DNA from: Obrimoposthia wandeli
Lineage: Eukaryota
Length of the DNA stretch: 64,000 nt
Assembly: GCA_977020255.1 (NCBI GenBank)
Contig: CDROCS010001609.1
Coordinates: 186,001 to 250,000, forward strand
Direction: 5' to 3'
The number at the start of each line of letters is the position of its first letter. Position 1 is the first letter of the stretch. A program made the translations under genes and the position numbers. Below the pieces are notes generated by a model, which made no database searches, had not been told where the DNA came from, and worked only from the letters and a program-made list of their open reading frames with translations. Positions 55,830 to 64,000 of this stretch are shown in pieces.

Positions 55830-56035
55830 CAATTATCTCTTCGAAGAACTTATCTACTCGATTTATCAACCTTATTCAATTACTTACTTCGAGGAACTTG
55901 TCAACTCGATTTACAAACTTATTCAAATTATTTACGTCGAGGAACTTGTTAACTTTATTCAAACACTTATTCAAATGACTTATTTTGAAGAACTTATCAA
56001 CTCGATTTAAACACTTATTCTCAATTCTCTTATGT
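55830..56035. repeat. ~47-bp degenerate tandem repeat in the LTR-gag leader
   Basis: Repeated cttattcaa...cgaggaacttgtcaactcgattta units. Confidence 0.75.
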
Positions 56036-56146
56036 CAATTTACTTATATATTCTTCTTTTATAACTTATTATCAATTCGCTGTCTTATTCTACGTGAATT
56101 CACTGTGTCCAACGAGCTATCACCACTCGGGCGTTTCAGTTTAATA

Positions 56147-57265
56147 TGTTGGAGTTTCTATTTGAAAGTCTTATTCAAGTAGATCCTCGTATTCAACTAG
56201 GCCCCCAACGTGAGTTCTGTAGCAATAGGGCTTACATATGGATGTGGCTTATTTAGGTTTTGTCATACTTAACTGAGTCTCAAGTCTTAAGGTTGTGTGT
56301 TAATGTAGTGGAGGTGTGTACATAGTTGTGTACACAAGGTACTAAAAAGGGTTCCACTATCGCAGTGTAGTATGTGGAGGGATTTATGTTTTTTATTGTA
56401 ATTTTGAGATTCTAATGAAATTGAACTACTAAACTTGTTACAGAATTATGAGCTTCTAACTTATCACCAAATATATCGTTGCACGAAACCTTTTTCTCCC
56501 CTACATCCACTGTCAAGATAAATTATCCGATAAGTCTACGGAGTCCGACTGTTTTCAGCCAAGTCCTTCGCGTCTTGTTTGTCCACTTAGTCTGAATGGT
56601 TCCTTCCCAACTGCGCTCTCAGATACCCAGCGGTCCCGTCGAATTTGTCTGGCCAATCTTCCTGGATAATCTGTAATTATCTTGAGTTCTCTGACGTCAT
56701 TTTTCCGTATCTTACCTCAGTCAATTCAAGTACTAGCGATCTTCTAATTCTGGACTTTGTTGTGTCTCTGATGATTGTATTACTTTGCTTGCGAGCTTGA
56801 TTTTGAAATGGTTTTCTGTGATTCAATTGGTGTAGGATTTCTGAGTAATACATTTTCTCTCAGTTCTGTAAAGCAATTAGCTTAAGGAAAATTGTCTATA
56901 GTTTTACCTTTAGATGCGTATGATTCTCCTGGGAAACTAATCGATCTCTTCTCAGTTTGCTAGATGGTTGACGGCTGGTCCTGTTCTCAGCAGCTGGCCT
57001 GGTTCCCACGATTAATCTTCGTTAATTATTTCCCAACGTTAACACTTTGATTTTCTTCTTTGTCTCTCGATTTTATGGTCGTATTACCTTTTTCGTTTAA
57101 ACTTACCTATATATAACGCAACACACACAATGTCTTCAAGGTCCTAAATTATTTTGCTTTTTGGATTTAATTTTAAATTTTATCTAACCTTAAATCAAGG
57201 TATTTACTTTATTCTTATAAATAGTCAATTTTATTTTTTAATTTTATAAATTCCTAATCTTAACC
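56147..57265 (-). mobile_element. LTR (copy 4), upstream of gag
   Basis: tgttggagtttctat start and shared internal blocks; on minus it is followed by a weak PBS-like ctgaaacgcccgag. Confidence 0.7.
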
Positions 57266-57979
57266 GTGTTGATACAACGCCAACCAAACCAATGGTAATA
57301 GGTCTCCCTCTTATATTTATTATTTACTTTTATTTCTACGTTCGGTTTTTCTTCGCTTGTGATGACTGTTATCTCGTCGTGACAGTGTCTTAATTTCTTC
57401 GCATCAGTTATATTAATTGACAATGTTACATTGACATTTTCGTTGGTTAATTTATATTCATCAGATATTTTACATACTGCTGTCTTTCCATAAAAGAACT
57501 TTACCTTCATTTGGCATAAAATTTACTGTGTGTTTACATTAATTAAGTGTACTCGTATTACTGTTGATTTGTCGAATTTTTGTGATAATATTGCAATTAT
57601 GTCTTGGTGTTTGTTTAACATTAGTTTAGGTGCACCATATAATACTGGTTTCTCATTTATATCTAATTCATCTACTTCAAACGTTGGGTAAATTATACTA
57701 ATTATATCGTCTATGGTGTCCTAATTTACATCATATAAATTGTCATAAAAACTGTTGACTGATAAGGTAAAACTGTTATTTGGTACTGTTAAATTTGGTG
57801 TCATACGTAATGTTATTTGTAATTTAGTTAGTTTAAATAGATTCTGTTCTGCAGGTATTGTAACTATTAATGTTCTACCATCGAAATACATTATATTTAA
57901 TTTAAAAGTGATTAATTCCATACATCCATTTCTGAACTCAAGTTTTGTTGGTTATTCGATATCTTTTTTTCAGCTTTTC

Positions 57980-60860
57980 CAATTCCACACTATGCATGGG
58001 GTGCAGAAGGATTATGCAGACATCATACATAAAATTTAATGATATGCGACCCCCCCTACCCCTAGCATACATCCATTTTATAAAAAAAATCAATTTTCTA
58101 ATTTGTTTAAATAATATTTTATTTATTTTTATTTGGTTTTCTAGTTTTTTAGACATTTTGTTTATTAAAAATATATTAAAAGGTAAATTATATTTATTTT
58201 TCATTAATTTCATCTATTTTCAGATTAACTAAATTATATAAGATCATAAATACTACAAAAATATAATTATGGCAACAAGAAGCAAAACTCAGAATTCTGC
58301 ATTTGGACAACCTGCAGAAATTCCACCATCTATGACCCCTTCAAAGGCTGATGTGTTTAGACATTATCTATTTGTAAGAAAAAGAGAAGAGGTAACATCT
58401 AAAGGCACTCTATCTGCAAAAGAAGTTTATAGAAAGGTTGCTAAAGATGTAGAAAAGGTTTGGAATATATTTTCTTTCCCACATATTCAATTTAATGGGA
58501 TTGTCCTAAAAGTTGAACGATTGGTAGAATCTGCATTGAAACTAAACAAAACTCCTTCAAAACAAAGAACACTTTTTTAACACCTTTCAGGAGAAACTAA
58601 AAACATATAATGTAATGTTTGATATTTGCACTTGTAACTGTTATGACAAAAATATCAAGCGATTTGATTGCAGATGTGAAGTAAGAATTCCAGTTAATGA
58701 ATGGGAAAGTTTTGTGGGACAAAAGGAACGGACTAATCAGTTAGGCCCAGTAGACCGTTTTACTACATCTGCCAGAAAAAGAACGGAAAATAGGAACATA
58801 AAATTGGAAGAGAGGAAGGCTAAATTAAAATTAGATATGAATGCTCCGTCAACTAATGATGCTTCTGGTTTTGATAGAAGCAGTGAAATTAATAGTAGCA
58901 GTGAAGAAATTGAAGAAATTGACTTTGTTCCAGATATTGAGCTTCAGGAAAACAACCAAAATAGATTTTCATATAAAAATTTAGCTATTACAGCAGATAG
59001 ATATAGAGTAAGTTGTAGAGCTACAGCTGCCATAGTAAATTCGGCATTGGAAGATATGGGAATATTAAACGAGAAGAATATGTTGGACAAAAAGAAAGTG
59101 GAAAGAGAAAGAGCACGAATAGGTAAAAGTAATATTACAAGAGTAACGTCAGAAAACACAGAAATTGAATGTCTAGGATTTGATGGCAGAAAAGATGATA
59201 CGAAAACAAAGAGTGGAACAGAGAATGAAGAACATTATGTAATAGTTAAAGAACCAGGTGGAATCTACGTTGATCATGTTTCTCCTGATAATGGAACTGC
59301 TCGATCTATTTCACGTGAACTCATGACGTTAATTACAGATTCAAATAGTAAAGAGTCCCTTAAAGCATTGCTATGTGATGGTACTCCAGTAAATACAGGA
59401 CATATTGGAGGAGTAATAAAACTAATAGAAATAGATTTAGAGCGACCATTACAGTGGTTGGTTTGCCTTTTACATGCAAACGAACTGCCATTTAGGCATG
59501 TATTTGAAGCAATAGATGGCAAAACTACAGGACCAAGTACTTTCTAGAGATCAATAGGGAATAAAATTAAAAAAAGATTTAACAGAATTAGAAGTTGTTG
59601 ACTATATCCCGGTTGAAGGCAACATAATTGAAGTTTCCAATGAAATAGTGAATAGTTTTAGCAGTGATCAAAAATATTTATATGAAATGTGCATTAGCAT
59701 TAAATCAGGGAACCTCTCACTCCAGTTAGCTTCAAGATCTCCTGGCACATTACATCATGTTAGATGGTTGACACGAGCTAACAGAATTCTGCGATTGTAT
59801 GTATCAACATATAATCCAGATAAAAGCCTTAAAGACCTTGTTAATATCATCATGACAGTTTATGCTCCAGGATGGTTTTGGATTAAGAGTCATCCTAAAG
59901 CATATGAAGGAGCACCTAACTTTTGGTATCTCACCCATTTAATTAATGATTTAGACAATGAAGAATACCAAATAATTATGGAACGTGTTTTAAAAAATAA
60001 TTCATATTTTGCTCACCCAGAAAACATGTTATTCTCAATGGTAAGAGACAGAAGAAGACATATTAGGGAATTTGCACTTCAAAAAATAATTCGCGCAAGA
60101 ACTACAGGTAAAATTGAAAGGAATTTTGAGCTTCTCAAAACATTGAATCTAAAGGCAAATGACTATGTTGATATGATTGACTGGGATAAAGAAAACATCA
60201 CAACGCCCCCTATTTTAAGACATTTGACAAACGACGAGCTTTTAATCATACGAAAAGAACCCCTACAACTTATTAATATCCCCTGTCATAGCCAAGTAGT
60301 AGAACATGCAGTTAATTTAGTTACAAGAGCATCAGCGGTTAGAATTGGCTACGCTAACAGGCAAACATATATTTTAAATGTCATTGATTCTAGGAAGAAA
60401 CTGCCTATATTTGAGTGGAAAAGTCAGTGGTCAATGTAATACGACGTATTATGTATATAAATATATGTTCATTTTCTAAAAAGCATATTTTATTTATTTT
60501 ATACCACCATTAAATATTTGTTAAGTATATTATAATTATTCTTTAAAAATAGAATTTCTACACATTGCTCATATGAAGAATGAACTCGTTTTCTATAATT
60601 TACATAATCTTTATTCTATAATTCATAAAGTACCTTAAAAACACATAATAACATTAAAAATAAAGTTTATGACCTACATATCTCATCTAGTTTAATTGTC
60701 TGAATATATGGATTTTTTCCATAGATTTAACAAAAATGATGGGGTCGTATGCGAGGGGTAGGGTGGGTCGCATGGCAATGTAATTTTAGTATGTTGTTCA
60801 GGAACCCAAAGGGAACTCAAGGCATAATGTGTAATTCAAATATAAAATTTCGACCCGGAT
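57980..60860 (+). mobile_element. hAT-like DDE DNA transposon with degenerate transposase (58269-60439) and long imperfect TIRs
   Basis: FDGRKD, CDGTPVNTG, CLLH (CxxH) and PCHSQVVEH motifs; IR core 58044-58070 vs 60747-60773 matches 25/27; similarity extends outward. Confidence 0.75.
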
Positions 60861-61169
60861 ATTATCCATGTTTAACGTTCATATTTTAGAAAATACCATA
60901 ATTATGTCCTTTTCTTCATCAATTTTGGTGTGAAGTATTTTACTACAGTTTTTTTCTCATTCGTGTTCTCCTGTTTGTTTGCTCTTTTTGTCATCCTAAC
61001 TCGTGTTAGTTTATTATTTTGCTGTACAGTCATCACATAATCTCAGTCTTTAGTCATTTTTGTTAATTTAAGTGTATTTGTATTCATTTTTGGTTTGCTT
61101 GATCTCAAATTATATCATGGGATTTCTCTCTCTTTACTTTACATCTATTGAGTAGGTGGATATGTCCAG

Positions 61170-64000
61170 TTTACTCTATCCATCTACTCTATTGGCATGT
61201 ACAATAATTGGTTCCTTTCTTTTTATGTCAAGTGATTTTACTTTCAAATTTGTCGCAGTTGTTTGAATTATCTCATACGGTCTCTTATAAGGTCTATGAA
61301 TTTTGGCCGACAATCCAGGCTCTAAACCTGGATAAAATATCATTACATGATATCCTACTTTGAATTGATGATCTTTCACTTTTTTGGCAATCTGTTCTTT
61401 GTATGTTTCCTGATTAAATCTCAATTTAAGACCAGCTTTTGTTCAAGCGTCTTGTAATCTTTCTTTCATTACAACGGCATATTCGTCTGTTTCTAAGTAC
61501 TGTGATGTTGGATTTGACCACTCTAAATCCATGGGCATGTTATTTTGTCTCAAGTACATTAAATAAAAAGGTGTATATCCTGTCGCTTCTCTGATTGAAT
61601 TTCTGTACGCGAATAGACATGGTGGAATATGGAAATCCCATTATTGTTGCTTTTCTGAGCAATACGATTGTATCATTGCACACAATGTTTTATTGAATCT
61701 TTTAACTAATCCATCCGCCTGTGAATGATATGGTGATGTTTGTAATTTACTTATTCCAAATATTTTTGATACTGATTTGATAACTTATTTTTTGTTGGAG
61801 CTCCACATCTGAATATTATCTTCTCGACTTTTAGTTGAGCTATTGTGTCAGCCTTTTGATTAAGCATTGCGTAAGCTTCCATCCATCTTGTTAAGTAATC
61901 TGTGAAAACAAGCACGTATTAGTTTCTTTTCGTTGATTCCTTGGGGTCCAAGTAGTAAATAAAAAAAATCATAGCAGTAAATTCCATTGGAACTAGCGGT
62001 ATCAGCATTGGTTTTAGTGTTACTCTTGTTCTCTGATCAGTATCTTTCCGAGTCAAACATACTTTACACAATGTTTTTATATCATTTTCCATTTCGTCCC
62101 AACAATATTTTTCCTTAATCCTGGATGCAGGTTTTCGATTAGATAAATGTCCACCTAACATTCCGTCGTGATAATGAATTATTACTGCTTTAATTAATGA
62201 CGTTGGCATCACTACTACTGTTTTTTCTTGACTGTTAACGAAGTGCAATATTCCTTCTTGATAGAATATTTCATGGTTAATTCCTCTTCTAGTTCTCCTT
62301 TAGCTAGAAATTCTAGTATTTAACTTAATTTTGGATTTTCTTCTGTTCTTTTACGATTTATTTATCGATTTTGGCTAATTTAACTAAAACTGTCAGTAAA
62401 TTTGGAATTTAAACTTTCTAGACATTTCCTTTCTTATCTACATTCTCCAGTCGTGACAAACAATCGGCGTTTTCGTTAGCTGTATCTGCTATTTTTAAAA
62501 AACCATGTGTTTAATTTATGTGTTTGTATAAATATTGAAGCAGTTTATGATCAGTGTATAGAATTATTATTTTCCCTAAAAATAATGTCTGAATTTACTT
62601 GTCGAATACAGTAATTATTCACCTATAAGGGGTCCCACCTATAAGGGTGTCCGGTCACCGAAAATTTCACGCTTCACCTATAATAGTACCTTTCCAAGCT
62701 TTTAAATAATGCATCTATAAGTGATTCGATGTCGGTCTCTCTCAAAAACATGTTTTAATGAATACCCTTACAGGTGAATAATTACTGTATACGATCACTA
62801 GACATTTTTCTTAACTATAGAATATCCTGCTTTATTTATGTCAGAAAAATCTAAAATAGATGCTTTAATTAACTTTTGTTTCAATTTCTCAAATGCTTTT
62901 TGAGCATCTGCTCCCCAGACGCATTTCTTGTCTTTCCTTGTGAGCTTTTTTATTGGCCCTGCTATGTATGAAATGTGTTTCACAAAAAGTCTTTAATAAT
63001 TAGCTAAATCTAGAAAATTTTGTAATTGTTTAACCGTTGTCGGTGCGGGATGTTCTTTTACTTTCTCAATATTAAACCGGATCAGGTTTTATCCCTTCTT
63101 TCGAAATTATGTGAACTAGGAATGTTACTTCTGCCTTGGCCCATTTGCACTTTGTTGGATTTACTTTAAGTTTAGCTATATTTTTGAGAAGTTCGTCAAA
63201 AGAATTTTAAAAGTTATTATGACGTCTATGTAAACTAATGTGTTTTCACATCCTGCTAACACAAAATTCATGCAACGTTGAAATGTTGCTGGTGCTTCCG
63301 TTAGTTCAAAATGTTTTTTTTCACACTCATACAGGCCTTCTCTGCATGAAAAAGCTGTTTTATGTTTGTCTTCCTTCTCAATCTCGATCTGCCAATAACC
63401 ACTGTGAAGATCTAATTTATCTAACATTTCCTCGAATCTAGGAAGTGGCTACATGTCTTTTCTAGTTATCTCGTTTAAATCGCGGAAATCGATGCAGAAT
63501 TGCATCTTACCATACTTTTTCGGACCTGCACCACCAGTGCTGAGAAAGGTGAGAAATTCGGTCTGACTACTCCTGCTTTTAACATAGTGTCGATCTGTTC
63601 CTTCGCATATCCTTGTTGGTGTAATGGTACTCTGTAAGGGCGTTTATACACTACTTTGTTTTCAGTTAGGGATATTGTGTGTTTAATTACTGGTGTTCTC
63701 CTTAATCATATTGATTCTTAGCTATCACTTTTGGAAATCTATTAATGACATACAGTTATTTATCGCTTTGTTGCTGATTTAATCTCGTGGATTATTTTGT
63801 TATTTCCTCGTAAATATCTGTCACTTCGATTTTTTTTAACCTAATTTCATTGCGTCTATGTGTAATGTGTCTGGTTTGATTAATTTACTTAATTTTATAC
63901 CATTGTACAGCAAAATTATCTTCATATGTTGGATTCATTAATCTTATAGACAGTTTATTATCATTTACATATCCTATAGAACATACGATCGGAAGTTCAT
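61170..64000 (-). pseudogene. Ty3/Gypsy pol remnant (RT, RNase H, integrase); runs off the window
   Basis: DLHSGYWQI, KTAF, APATFQRCM, VYID, HDGMLGGH, YHSQADGLVKRFNKTL, TGYTPFYL. Confidence 0.9.
62609..62787. mobile_element. Tc1/mariner-type MITE with TA TSD inserted in Gypsy pol
   Basis: ta|cagtaattattcacctataaggg ... cccttacaggtgaataattactg|ta. Confidence 0.8.

Overview
AT-rich eukaryotic (probably invertebrate) genomic DNA with three spliced host genes: DENND6-like (minus, ~361-15328, 3' end unresolved), KIF15/kinesin-12-like (minus, 19105-28304) and cytosolic malate dehydrogenase MDH1 (plus, 43152-49692). Their introns are either ~35-46 nt or kilobases long and TE-filled. Between KIF15 and MDH1 lies a decayed Polinton/Maverick (adintovirus-like) element: protein-primed PolB, integrase, packaging ATPase and a basic core-like protein. 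It is flanked by unusual accessory genes, an intron-containing TBP-like gene and a GC-rich RING-H2 gene, and carries an iteron plus hairpin block. Directly next to it is an RT-RNase H pseudogene whose motifs look hepadnavirus/nackednavirus-like rather than LTR-like, with no tyrosine recombinase visible. The right end is a nested TE stack (LTR copies, BEL/Pao, Gypsy, hAT-like transposase, Tc1-type MITE). All family assignments come from manual translation and motif recognition; no searches were run.
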